A DNA stretch of 64,000 nt from an uncultured Faecalibacterium sp. (GTDB lineage: Bacteria; Bacillota; Clostridia; Oscillospirales; Acutalibacteraceae), in assembly GCA_964504475.1 (NCBI GenBank), contig CAZDEL010000005.1:9791-73790 (forward strand), read 5' to 3'. Shown here piece by piece: positions 10,428 through 19,181 of this stretch. The notes beneath the pieces were generated by a model. It made no database searches, was not told where the DNA came from, and saw only the letters and a program-made list of their open reading frames with translations. How positions within the stretch are numbered: position 1 is the first letter of the stretch; each line of letters opens with the position of its first letter. The translations under genes were made by a program, and so were the position numbers.

Positions 10428-11513
10428 ATGGACAAATTACTGGAAGCGAGAAAAATAATAAACGAAGCGGATAAGGAAATGGCAAAGCTTTTTGAAAAGA
10501 GAATGGAAGCCGTTAAAGCTATTGCCGAGTATAAAATTGAAAGAGGCCTGCCTATATTTGACCCGTCAAGAGAGGCAGAGCTTATTAGAAGCAACCTTGA
10601 CAATGTTGAAAACGAGGAAGTCAAGGAGTATTATGTGCCCTTTATTAAAAGCACTATGGATATATCGAAGCGCTATCAGCATCGCATATCAGAGGGTGCA
10701 AACATTGCCTATAGCGGCATAGAGGGTGCTTTCGCACACATAGCAGCCGGCAGGATTTTTCCGGACGGCAACAGAATATCATATCCCGATTTTAAGAGTG
10801 CATATGAGGCTGTGGAAAAGGGGGAGTGTGAGTGTGCCGTTATCCCCATAGAAAACAGCAAGGCAGGCGAAGTGGGTCAGGTTATGGATCTTTTATTTTC
10901 AGGCTCACTTTTTGTCAACGGTGTTTATTCCCTTGATGTCAGGCACAATCTTATTGCTCTTAAAGGTGCAAAGGAAAGCGACATTAAGGAGGTTATCTCA
11001 CACCAGCAGGCACTTGACCAGTGCAGCTCATATATAAGAGCGCAGGGCTATAAGGCAACCTCATGTGTCAACACAGCTAAGGCGGCTCAGGCTGTAGCTC
11101 AGGCAGGTGACATAACAAAGGCTGCAATAGCCTCCAGAGAAACAGCGAAGCTTTACGGCTTAGAGGTTATTAGAGAGAATATTAACGAGGCAAGTGACAA
11201 CACAACACGCTTTGTGGTGGTTTCCCGCACCTTATCAAAAGAGAAAAAGGATCACTCAATTATCGTCTTTACAGTACCGGACGAAGCAGGTGCATTAGCC
11301 CACGCAATTAATATTATCGGACACCACGGCTACTCTATGCGACATATTAAAAGCCGAGCTATGAAGGATCTTATCTGGACATATTATTTTTATGTTGAGC
11401 TTAAGGGTGATTTACAGTCCTCACGCAGAGGCAAATATATGATGGAAGAATTGGCTGAGTGCTGTGACAAGCTTAAAATGATTGGTACTTTTAACGAAAA
11501 CAGTAAAATCTGA
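10428..11513 (+). CDS. pheA: Bifunctional chorismate mutase / prephenate dehydratase
   Basis: N-terminal CM helix (LEARKIINEADKEMAKLFEKRMEAVKAIAEYK), PDT core (IAYSGIEGAFAHIAA, TRFVVVS) and a C-terminal ACT domain (IIVFTVPDEAGALAHAINIIG). Confidence 0.85.
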   Translation: MDKLLEARKIINEADKEMAKLFEKRMEAVKAIAEYKIERGLPIFDPSREAELIRSNLDNVENEEVKEYYVPFIKSTMDISKRYQHRISEGANIAYSGIEGAFAHIAAGRIFPDGNRISYPDFKSAYEAVEKGECECAVIPIENSKAGEVGQVMDLLFSGSLFVNGVYSLDVRHNLIALKGAKESDIKEVISHQQALDQCSSYIRAQGYKATSCVNTAKAAQAVAQAGDITKAAIASRETAKLYGLEVIRENINEASDNTTRFVVVSRTLSKEKKDHSIIVFTVPDEAGALAHAINIIGHHGYSMRHIKSRAMKDLIWTYYFYVELKGDLQSSRRGKYMMEELAECCDKLKMIGTFNENSKI

Positions 11514-11524
11514 GGTTGATTAAT

Positions 11525-12526
11525 ATGATTATTCCCGTATCATTAGGCAAAGACTCCTATGACATAGTCCTTGAAAGAGGGGCTATAAATAAAATAGATG
11601 AGTATATCCCTCTCGCAAAAGACACTAAGGTGTTAATTGTGACCGACACCGGAGTGCCCGAAAGCTATAGCAAAAAAATTGCAGCTAAATATAGTAATAG
11701 CTTTATTTTCACCTTTGAGCAGGGGGAAAAGAGTAAAAATTTTGACACCTATAAGGAAATCTGTCAAGCTCTTTTAGATTATTCCTTCACAAGAAAGGAC
11801 GCTATTATAGCCGTTGGCGGTGGAGTAGTCGGTGATATGGCAGGCTTTGCGGCAGCGACCTATATGAGGGGCATTGCCTTTTATAATGTACCCACAACAC
11901 TTCTCTCTCAGGTGGACTCCTCAATAGGTGGCAAGACGGCAATTGACCTTGGCAAAATCAAAAATATCATCGGAGCTTTTTACCAGCCTAAAAAGGTTAT
12001 AATCGACCCTAATGTGCTTTCGACCTTGCCCGACAGACAAATTAAAAACGGTCTTGCCGAAAGCATTAAAATGGGTGCAAACTTTGACAAGGAGCTTTTC
12101 AGCCTGTTTTTAAAGGACGACTATATGAGTCATATTGAGCAGATTATAGAAGGCTCACTCAAGGTTAAAAGATATGTTGTTCAGCAGGACGAAAAGGAGC
12201 AGGGTCTTCGCAAGGCTTTAAACTTTGGCCACACAATAGGTCACGGCATAGAGGCATCCTTGCCCTTTGGTGAGCTTTATCACGGTGAGTGTGTAGCTCT
12301 CGGCATGACCTTTATGTGTAAAAATTCAGCGAAAGAGCAAATACTAAAAGCCTTAAATAATGTCGGCTTGCCCACAAAATATCCATATGACAGGGATAAG
12401 GTCTTTGAGGCTTTGTGCCACGATAAAAAGTCTGCTTTAGGCAGCATAACCACAGTTTGGTGCGACGAGATAGGCACATATAGATTTAAAGATATGACAA
12501 ATGAGGAGCTCTTAGAGCTTCTTTGA
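11525..12526 (+). CDS. aroB: 3-dehydroquinate synthase
   Basis: GGGVVGDMAGFAAATYMRGI and NFGHTIGHGIE motifs. ATG 11525 with GAGG 9 nt upstream is preferred over the track TTG at 11516. Confidence 0.9.
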   Translation: MIIPVSLGKDSYDIVLERGAINKIDEYIPLAKDTKVLIVTDTGVPESYSKKIAAKYSNSFIFTFEQGEKSKNFDTYKEICQALLDYSFTRKDAIIAVGGGVVGDMAGFAAATYMRGIAFYNVPTTLLSQVDSSIGGKTAIDLGKIKNIIGAFYQPKKVIIDPNVLSTLPDRQIKNGLAESIKMGANFDKELFSLFLKDDYMSHIEQIIEGSLKVKRYVVQQDEKEQGLRKALNFGHTIGHGIEASLPFGELYHGECVALGMTFMCKNSAKEQILKALNNVGLPTKYPYDRDKVFEALCHDKKSALGSITTVWCDEIGTYRFKDMTNEELLELL

Positions 12527-12536
12527 GGTGATAAAA

Positions 12537-13628
12537 ATGAAAAACACATTGGGAAACAATGTTAGTATTACTCTCTTTGGCGAAAGTCACGGTGCCGCTA
12601 TTGGCTGTGTTCTTGACGGCATAGCACCGGGCATAGAGGTGGACGAGGACTTTATTTCTTCACAAATGGAAAAGCGAAAGGGCATAAACTCAATTTCCAC
12701 TCCCAGGAGAGAAGGAGACAAGGTTAAAATATTAAGCGGTGTCTTTGAAGGCAAAACCACAGGCACACCAATTGCTCTTATGATTGAAAATGAAAGTCAG
12801 CACAGTAAGGACTACTCCTTAACAAAGGATCTTTCTCGTCCGGGTCACGCTGATTTTACCGCTGAGTGTAAGTATCACGGCTTTCAGGATTATAGAGGTG
12901 GTGGCCACTTTTCAGGCAGATTAACTGCGCCTATAGTTGCCGCAGGTGCAATTTGCCTTAAGGCACTAAATAAAAAGGGCATAACAATCGGCACTCATAT
13001 AGCTTCCTGTGGCGGCATTAAGGATAGAGACTTTATTGACTTAGCCGAGGACATCGAGGCAGTTAACAAAATGGAAATGCCTGTCCTTGACGAAAATGCC
13101 TCGAAAAAAATGATAGCTGCCATTGAAAAAGCGAGAGATGAGGGTGACAGTGTCGGCGGCAAATTGACAACGGCCATTTGCGGTGTTCCCGAGGGCTTTG
13201 GTGAGCCATGGTTTGACAGCGTAGAAAGTCTTTTGTCTCACGCTTTGTTTTCGATTCCTGCTGTCAAGGGTGTTGAATTTGGTATTGGCTTTGATTTTTG
13301 CGATAAAAAGGGCAGCGCTGCCAATGACCCATTCCTTATTAGGGACGGCAGAGTACAAACTAAAACAAACAATAACGGCGGCATTAACGGCGGCATAACA
13401 AATGGTATGCCCATAGTTTTTTCCTGCGCTGTGAAGCCCACACCGTCTATATATAAAAAGCAGGAAACGGTGAATTTTAAGACAAACGAAAACGCTGAAA
13501 TAGAAATAAAGGGCAGACATGACCCTGCGATTATCCACAGGGCGAGAGTTGTCGTTGACAGCGTTGCCGCTATAGTTCTTTGTGACTTGCTGTCAACACA
13601 TTTTGGAACAGATTGGTTAGGTGCTTAA
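12537..13628 (+). CDS. aroC: Chorismate synthase
   Basis: LFGESHG, RPGHADF and GRHDP motifs. ATG 12537 with a GAGGTG RBS is preferred over GTG 12528. Confidence 0.9.
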   Translation: MKNTLGNNVSITLFGESHGAAIGCVLDGIAPGIEVDEDFISSQMEKRKGINSISTPRREGDKVKILSGVFEGKTTGTPIALMIENESQHSKDYSLTKDLSRPGHADFTAECKYHGFQDYRGGGHFSGRLTAPIVAAGAICLKALNKKGITIGTHIASCGGIKDRDFIDLAEDIEAVNKMEMPVLDENASKKMIAAIEKARDEGDSVGGKLTTAICGVPEGFGEPWFDSVESLLSHALFSIPAVKGVEFGIGFDFCDKKGSAANDPFLIRDGRVQTKTNNNGGINGGITNGMPIVFSCAVKPTPSIYKKQETVNFKTNENAEIEIKGRHDPAIIHRARVVVDSVAAIVLCDLLSTHFGTDWLGA

Positions 13629-13629
13629 A

Positions 13630-14856
13630 ATGAAATATGGTCTTATTGGCGAAAAATTATCTCACAGCTTTTCAAAGCCCATACACGAGAGCATCGCTGA
13701 CTACACCTATGAAATCAAGGAAATAGGAAAAGATGAGCTTGACTCTTTTATGAAGGAAAAAAGCTTTTTGGGAATAAATGTCACCATTCCATACAAGGCG
13801 GCGGTTATCCCTTATTTAGATTATGTTTCTGAGAACGCGAGAAAAATAGGTGCTGTCAATACAGTTGTCAACCGCCAAGGCAAGCTTTACGGCTATAACA
13901 CAGATTTTGGCGGCATGAAGGCCTTGATTGAAAAGGCAGGCTTTGATTTTAGCGGCAAAAAGGTTTTGATTTTAGGCTCCGGCGGAACATCGAAAACTGC
14001 CTTAGCTGTTTGTGAAAGCTTAGGTGCAAGGGATATTATTATCCTTAGCAGAAGCGGAGAAGTGAACTACGAAAATGCACCGCTTTTGCACGGTGATTGC
14101 GATTACATAATTAATACTACACCCTGCGGAATGTACCCCAACAATGACACCTTTGCAATTGAGCCTGAGGCCTTTAAAAGCCTTAAAGGTATAGTTGATG
14201 TAGTATATAACCCTCTTGAAACCACATTGGTGCAAAAGGGTAAAAAAGCCGGCATTGAGGGTGTCACAGGTCTTTATATGCTCGTTTCTCAAGCAGTTTT
14301 AGCTTCGGAGATTTTCACGGGAAAAGACCTCAATACAAAAAAAATCACAAATGAGGTCTATGATAAAATCTTAAAAGAAAAGCAAAACATTGTCCTCATT
14401 GGTATGCCCGGCTCAGGTAAAAGCACAATTGGCAAAGTCCTTTGTGAAATGACCGGCAAAAGCTTTATTGATACAGACGAGATTATAAAAGAAAAACACG
14501 GTGATATTAGTAAGATTTTTGAGGAGCATGGGGAAGAATATTTCCGCAAAATTGAAAGTGAAGCTGTAAAGCAGGCAGGAAAAAACAGCGGCTATATAAT
14601 AGCCACAGGTGGCGGTGTGATTTTAAAAAGGGAAAACATTGACTATTTAAAGCAAAACGGTGTAATTTTCTTTTTAAATAGACCTATTGAGGATATAATC
14701 CCCACAGCTGATCGACCCTTGTCCAGAGATTATGAGGCATTGAAAAAACGCTTTGAGGAGCGTTACGACAAATATGTTGCCTTTAGTGATTATGAAATAT
14801 TTGTTGACGGTGACCCGAAACATTCAGCAGAAAAAATCATGGAGATAATGAAATGA
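13630..14856 (+). CDS. aroE/aroK: Fused shikimate dehydrogenase - shikimate kinase
   Basis: The N-terminal part is AroE-like (YGLIGEKLSHSFSKPIH, GINVTIPYK, LGSGGTSKTA). The C-terminal part is AroK-like (Walker A IGMPGSGKST, DTD, ATGGG). One uninterrupted frame. Confidence 0.85.
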   Translation: MKYGLIGEKLSHSFSKPIHESIADYTYEIKEIGKDELDSFMKEKSFLGINVTIPYKAAVIPYLDYVSENARKIGAVNTVVNRQGKLYGYNTDFGGMKALIEKAGFDFSGKKVLILGSGGTSKTALAVCESLGARDIIILSRSGEVNYENAPLLHGDCDYIINTTPCGMYPNNDTFAIEPEAFKSLKGIVDVVYNPLETTLVQKGKKAGIEGVTGLYMLVSQAVLASEIFTGKDLNTKKITNEVYDKILKEKQNIVLIGMPGSGKSTIGKVLCEMTGKSFIDTDEIIKEKHGDISKIFEEHGEEYFRKIESEAVKQAGKNSGYIIATGGGVILKRENIDYLKQNGVIFFLNRPIEDIIPTADRPLSRDYEALKKRFEERYDKYVAFSDYEIFVDGDPKHSAEKIMEIMK

Positions 14857-15287
14857 AAATTCTTGTAATAAACGGTCCAAATCTCAATATGCTTGGCATA
14901 AGAGAGCCAAAGCATTACGGCAAAGAAACCTATGCTGATTTAGTGGAAAAAATTGAAAGCTATTGCACTAAAGAAGGCATAGATTGTGAGTGCTACCAGT
15001 CAAATCATGAGGGCTGTCTTGTGGATAAGATTCAGCAGGCATATGGTGTCTTTGACGGCATTGTCATAAACCCGGGTGCTTATACTCACACAAGTGTGGC
15101 TATTTTAGATGCGGTGAAAAGTGTTTCAATTCCCACAGTTGAGGTTCATATTTCAAAGGTTGAGGAAAGGGAAGACTTCCGCCAAATAAGCTATATTAGG
15201 CTTGCCGCAGTTAAGACAATAACAGGTCACGGCACAGACGGCTACATTGAGGCAATTGACTTTTTAAAGGAAAACTATGGGAAGTGA
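14853..15287 (+). CDS. aroQ: Type II 3-dehydroquinate dehydratase
   Basis: ILVINGPNLNMLGIREP and NPGAYTHTSVA motifs. ATGA overlap with the upstream gene. Confidence 0.9.
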   Translation: MKILVINGPNLNMLGIREPKHYGKETYADLVEKIESYCTKEGIDCECYQSNHEGCLVDKIQQAYGVFDGIVINPGAYTHTSVAILDAVKSVSIPTVEVHISKVEEREDFRQISYIRLAAVKTITGHGTDGYIEAIDFLKENYGK

Positions 15288-16503
15288 TAGCATGAAAGTT
15301 AAAATCACACCATCAAAATTAATCGGTACAATAGACGCTCCCTCATCAAAAAGTATGTGCCATAGGCTGCTTATTTGTGCAGGTCTCAGTGAAGGCGAGA
15401 GCCTTATTTCAAATGTGCTTTTCAGCGAAGATATATTAGCCACCCTCGATTGCCTAAGCGCTATGGGCGCAAAAATTAAAAAGGGCAAGGACTTTGTCTC
15501 GGTTGTGGGCGCAAATGTCAACTCCGCTGACAAAAGGGTTTATAATTGCCGAGAGAGCGGAAGCACCCTAAGGTTTTTTATTCCCATTGCAATGCTAAGA
15601 GAAGGTGAGAGCCTTTTCACAGGCTATGGCAGACTAATGGAAAGACCCATGAGCGTCTATGAAAATATAGCAAAAGAAAAGTCTCTTTTTTATAAAAAGG
15701 ACGACGACGGCATTAGAGTAGGAGGGAAGCTTACAGCAGGCTCTTATATAGTACCGGCAAATGTAAGCAGTCAGTTTATATCGGGTCTTTTATTTGCTTT
15801 GCCACTGTGCAATGGCGACAGCACAATAATATTAACAGGCACAATTGAGAGCAAAAGCTATATTGATATGACAATTGCCGCTATGAAAAGCTTTGGTGTA
15901 GACGCTAAGTGGCAAGACAGCACCACAGTTTATATAAAGGGCAATCAGCAATATAAGGCTCAAAATCTCACTGTAGAGGGCGACTGCTCAAACGGAGCAT
16001 TTTTAGACGCATTTAATCTTTTGGGCAGTGATGTTAAGCTAATGGGTCTGCGTGAAGACACCCTACAAGGTGACATGATATATAAAGACTATTTTTTCCT
16101 TCTTCGGCAGGGTACACCCACGCTGGACATAAAAAATTGTCCGGACTTAGCACCGATATTGATGAGCCTTGCTGCGGCGCTTCACGGCTGCAAGCTAATA
16201 AACACCGCAAGGCTTAAAATCAAAGAGAGCGACCGAGGCAGCGCAATGGCTCAGGAGCTTTCAAAGTTCGGCGCAGATGTTAAGGTTTATGAAAACGAAA
16301 TTGTTGTAAATAAAAGGGAGCTTCATATGCCCAACGAGACTCTTTCGGCTCACAATGACCACAGAGTCGTCATGTCCCTTTCTGTGCTTTCAAGCGTTTA
16401 TGGCGGTGTTATTGAGGGCGCTCAAGGGGTGAAAAAAAGCTATCCCGACTTTTTTGATAAAGTAAAAGCTCTTGGAATGGAGGTAGAAGTTTATGGTGAT
16501 TAA
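15277..16503 (+). CDS. aroA: 3-phosphoshikimate 1-carboxyvinyltransferase (EPSP synthase)
   Basis: PSSKSMCHRLLI, LRFFIP and DHRVVMSL motifs. An alternative start at ATG 15292 (MKVKITPSK) is equally plausible. Confidence 0.9.
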   Translation: MGSDSMKVKITPSKLIGTIDAPSSKSMCHRLLICAGLSEGESLISNVLFSEDILATLDCLSAMGAKIKKGKDFVSVVGANVNSADKRVYNCRESGSTLRFFIPIAMLREGESLFTGYGRLMERPMSVYENIAKEKSLFYKKDDDGIRVGGKLTAGSYIVPANVSSQFISGLLFALPLCNGDSTIILTGTIESKSYIDMTIAAMKSFGVDAKWQDSTTVYIKGNQQYKAQNLTVEGDCSNGAFLDAFNLLGSDVKLMGLREDTLQGDMIYKDYFFLLRQGTPTLDIKNCPDLAPILMSLAAALHGCKLINTARLKIKESDRGSAMAQELSKFGADVKVYENEIVVNKRELHMPNETLSAHNDHRVVMSLSVLSSVYGGVIEGAQGVKKSYPDFFDKVKALGMEVEVYGD

Positions 16504-17347
16504 TAAAAACACAAAATTTTTAATAGTAGGTCTTGGTCTTTTAGGCGGCTCATATGCAAGGGGTCTTACGGAAAAAGGCTATTATGTTGAGGCCATAACC
16601 AAAAAGCAGGAGGATTGCGACTTTGCTATTGAGCATGAAATAGTAAAGAATGCAACCACTGAGGTTGACGAAGAAATGATAAAGAAAGCGGATGTTATTG
16701 TTTTCGCCCTTTATCCCGACACATTTATAAGCTGGATAGAGCAGCACGGCGAAAAAATAAAGCCGGGAACACTTATCACCGATGTTACAGGCGTTAAGGA
16801 GTGTATAGTTGACAAGATACAAAATATGCTGCCGCCATTAGTTGAGTTTATATCTGCACACCCAATGGCAGGCCGTGAGGTTTACGGTGTTAAAAACAGC
16901 GACGAGAGAATCTTTTACGGCGCAAACTATCTTGTTGTTCCGACTAAAAGGAACACCGAGGAGGGCATAGAGGCCTGTAAGAGAATAGGTGAAATTTTAG
17001 GCTTTGGCAGAATCAGCGAGATAACACCTGAGGGTCACGATGAAATGATAGGCTTTGTGTCTCAGCTGACACACTTTATTGCTGTCAGCCTTATGAACTG
17101 CTATGAGCATGAGAGACTTGAGAGGTACACTGCCGACTCATTTAGAGATTTGACAAGAATTGCCAATATTAACGAAACTATGTGGAGCGAGCTTTTCCTG
17201 CTTAATAAAAAGGCATTGCTTGAGCAAATAGACCTTTTTGAGAGCAAATTCTCACAGCTTCACGAGTACCTTAAAAATGACGATGCCGAGGGCATAAAGG
17301 AAATGATGCGTATTTCTACGCAGCGCAGAAAATTATTTGATAAATGA
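16493..17347 (+). CDS. tyrA: Prephenate dehydrogenase
   Basis: IVGLGLLGGSYARGL Rossmann motif and SAHPMAG motif. Overlaps the aroA stop by 11 nt. Confidence 0.85.
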   Translation: MVINKNTKFLIVGLGLLGGSYARGLTEKGYYVEAITKKQEDCDFAIEHEIVKNATTEVDEEMIKKADVIVFALYPDTFISWIEQHGEKIKPGTLITDVTGVKECIVDKIQNMLPPLVEFISAHPMAGREVYGVKNSDERIFYGANYLVVPTKRNTEEGIEACKRIGEILGFGRISEITPEGHDEMIGFVSQLTHFIAVSLMNCYEHERLERYTADSFRDLTRIANINETMWSELFLLNKKALLEQIDLFESKFSQLHEYLKNDDAEGIKEMMRISTQRRKLFDK

Positions 17348-17375
17348 GAGCTATAAGCTTTGGAGGTAAAATATT

Positions 17376-18404
17376 ATGAATATGGATTTCGTTTGCAAGC
17401 TGCCTATACCTAAACAGATTAAGCAGGAGTACCCATTAACACAACAGGCAGTTGAAATCAAGAAAAAAAGAGACGAGGAAATTCAAAGGATTTTCCGTGG
17501 CGAGGAGAGAAAGCTTATACTTGTTATAGGCCCATGCTCAGCCGATAATGAAGACAGTGTTATGGATTATATCTCACGCCTTGTTCCCGTGCAGGAAAAG
17601 GTCAAGGATAAAATCCTTATTATTCCGAGAATTTACACCAACAAGCCGAGAACAACAGGTGACGGCTATAAGGGTATGCTTCATCAGCCTGACCCAAATG
17701 CGGCAGCAGACCTTATTAAGGGCATAGTTGCCATAAGAAAGCTTCATATGAGAGCAATTAACGAGACAGGCTTTAGCTGCGCCGATGAGATGCTCTATCC
17801 TGAAAATCACCGTTATCTTTCGGACATTCTTTCATATGTTGCCGTTGGCGCAAGAAGCACAGAGGATCAGCAGCATAGACTCACCGCAAGCGGACTTAAT
17901 ATCCCCGTTGGTATGAAAAACCCAACCGGCGGCGATTTAGGTGTTATGATGAACTCTATTACAGCAGGTCAGCACAGCCACGATTTTATTTATAGAGGCT
18001 GGGAGGTTAAGAGCCACGGCAATGAGCTTACTCATGCTATTCTCAGAGGCTATGTTGACGAGCTTGGTGTGAGCTACCCTAATTATCACTATGAGGATCT
18101 TTTAAAGCTCAACCAGCTTTATAGCGACAGAGGCTTAAAGAACCCTGCCGTTATAGTTGACACGAACCATGCAAACTCAGGTAAAAAATATCTTGAGCAG
18201 CCGAGAATTGCAAAAGAGGTACTCCACTCATGCCGACACAATAAGGACATTGATAAGCTTGTTAAGGGCTTTATGATTGAAAGCTATATTGAAGACGGTG
18301 CACAAAAAATAGGCGAGGGCTGCTATGGCAAGAGCATCACAGACCCATGCATAGGCTGGGAGAAAACAGAAAAGCTTATTTACGAGCTTGCCGATATTTA
18401 TTGA
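17376..18404 (+). CDS. aroF: 3-deoxy-7-phosphoheptulonate (DAHP) synthase, class I
   Basis: LVIGPCS, RIYTNKPRTT and GMLHQPDP motifs. About 340 aa, AroF/G/H-like. GGAGG RBS. Confidence 0.85.
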   Translation: MNMDFVCKLPIPKQIKQEYPLTQQAVEIKKKRDEEIQRIFRGEERKLILVIGPCSADNEDSVMDYISRLVPVQEKVKDKILIIPRIYTNKPRTTGDGYKGMLHQPDPNAAADLIKGIVAIRKLHMRAINETGFSCADEMLYPENHRYLSDILSYVAVGARSTEDQQHRLTASGLNIPVGMKNPTGGDLGVMMNSITAGQHSHDFIYRGWEVKSHGNELTHAILRGYVDELGVSYPNYHYEDLLKLNQLYSDRGLKNPAVIVDTNHANSGKKYLEQPRIAKEVLHSCRHNKDIDKLVKGFMIESYIEDGAQKIGEGCYGKSITDPCIGWEKTEKLIYELADIY

Positions 18405-18420
18405 TTCTCTGGAGGAAAAT

Positions 18421-18882
18421 ATGTCAATTGAAAAGGTAAGAAGCTACTTTAAAAGCTTGGGCATTGAAGATAGAATAATGGAGTTTGATGTCTCCAGTGC
18501 AACTGTGGAGCTCGCTGCGGTGGCCGTTGGCGTTGAGGGTGCAAGAATAGCGAAGACCTTGTCCTTTCTTTTGCATGATGAGCCTATATTAATTGTCACA
18601 GCAGGAGACGCACGAGTGGATAACAAAAAATATAAGGCCGAGTTTTCCGCTAAGGCTAAAATGCTAACTCATGAGCAGGCTGCACAGATGATAGGTCACG
18701 CTGTGGGTGGTGTATGCCCCTTTGCTGTCAATGAGGGTGTAAAGGTTTATCTTGACGAGAGCTTAAAGGGCTTTGAAACAGTTTTTCCGGCCTGCGGCAG
18801 CTCAAACAGCGCAATCGAGCTTACAATTGAGGAGCTTGAAAAGTATTCACAATATGATAAGTGGGTCGATGTTTGTAAATAA
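18421..18882 (+). CDS. YbaK/EbsC-type aminoacyl-tRNA deacylase domain protein
   Basis: ARIAKTLSF and GHAVGGVCPF motifs. ATG 18421 with a GGAGG RBS is preferred over the track start 18388, which overlaps aroF. Confidence 0.7.
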   Translation: MSIEKVRSYFKSLGIEDRIMEFDVSSATVELAAVAVGVEGARIAKTLSFLLHDEPILIVTAGDARVDNKKYKAEFSAKAKMLTHEQAAQMIGHAVGGVCPFAVNEGVKVYLDESLKGFETVFPACGSSNSAIELTIEELEKYSQYDKWVDVCK

Positions 18883-18906
18883 AAGCAAAAATCTTCTTTA
18901 ATGCTA

Positions 18907-18935
18907 TTGATTTTAATTTTAAAAGCGTATATAAT
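18907..18935 (+). promoter_or_regulatory. Sigma-A-type promoter for the SCIFF precursor
   Basis: TTGATT, 17-nt spacer, TATAAT, 40 nt upstream of the SCIFF ATG. Confidence 0.45.
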
Positions 18936-18975
18936 AAGACAAAGCTATTTTGAAGTGTGAAGGGAGGCTAACTAA

Positions 18976-19125
18976 ATGAAGCACATCAAAACAATTGAAA
19001 CTCGCAACCTTTGCGAAAGCGCAAAGAACGGTGGCTGCGGCGAATGTCAGACATCATGCCAGAGCGCTTGCAAGACAAGCTGTGGTATTGCTAACCAGGA
19101 GTGCGAAAACAAGCAAAGCAAATAA
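18976..19125 (+). CDS. SCIFF (six-cysteines-in-forty-five) RiPP precursor peptide, 49 aa
   Basis: Absent from the ORF track because it is under 60 aa. AGGGAGG RBS 8 nt upstream. Translation: MKHIKTIETRNLCESAKNGGCGECQTSCQSACKTSCGIANQECENKQSK. It has the hallmark MKHIKT leader and GGCGECQTSCQSACKTSC core, and sits directly upstream of a radical-SAM/SPASM gene. Confidence 0.85.
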   Translation: MKHIKTIETRNLCESAKNGGCGECQTSCQSACKTSCGIANQECENKQSK

Positions 19126-19136
19126 TTTATATAAGA

Positions 19137-19163
19137 TGCCGCCCAAAAAAGGCGGCAATTCTT
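19137..19163 (+). terminator. Intercistronic hairpin (partial terminator) between precursor and maturase
   Basis: TGCCGCC-CAAAAAA-GGCGGCA (7 bp, GC-rich), followed by the weak U-tract ATTCTT. Confidence 0.4.
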
Positions 19164-19181
19164 ATGATTGGAGATTAAGTT

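Noticed and set aside
13041-13538. 165-aa minus-strand ORF, plus similar antisense ORFs at 9433-9861, 31618-32148, 2884-3234 and 25742-26092.
   Set aside because: Each is embedded antisense in a motif-rich housekeeping gene (aroC, the aminotransferase, uppS/cdsA, the HI0933-like gene, pcrA). None has an RBS or promoter.
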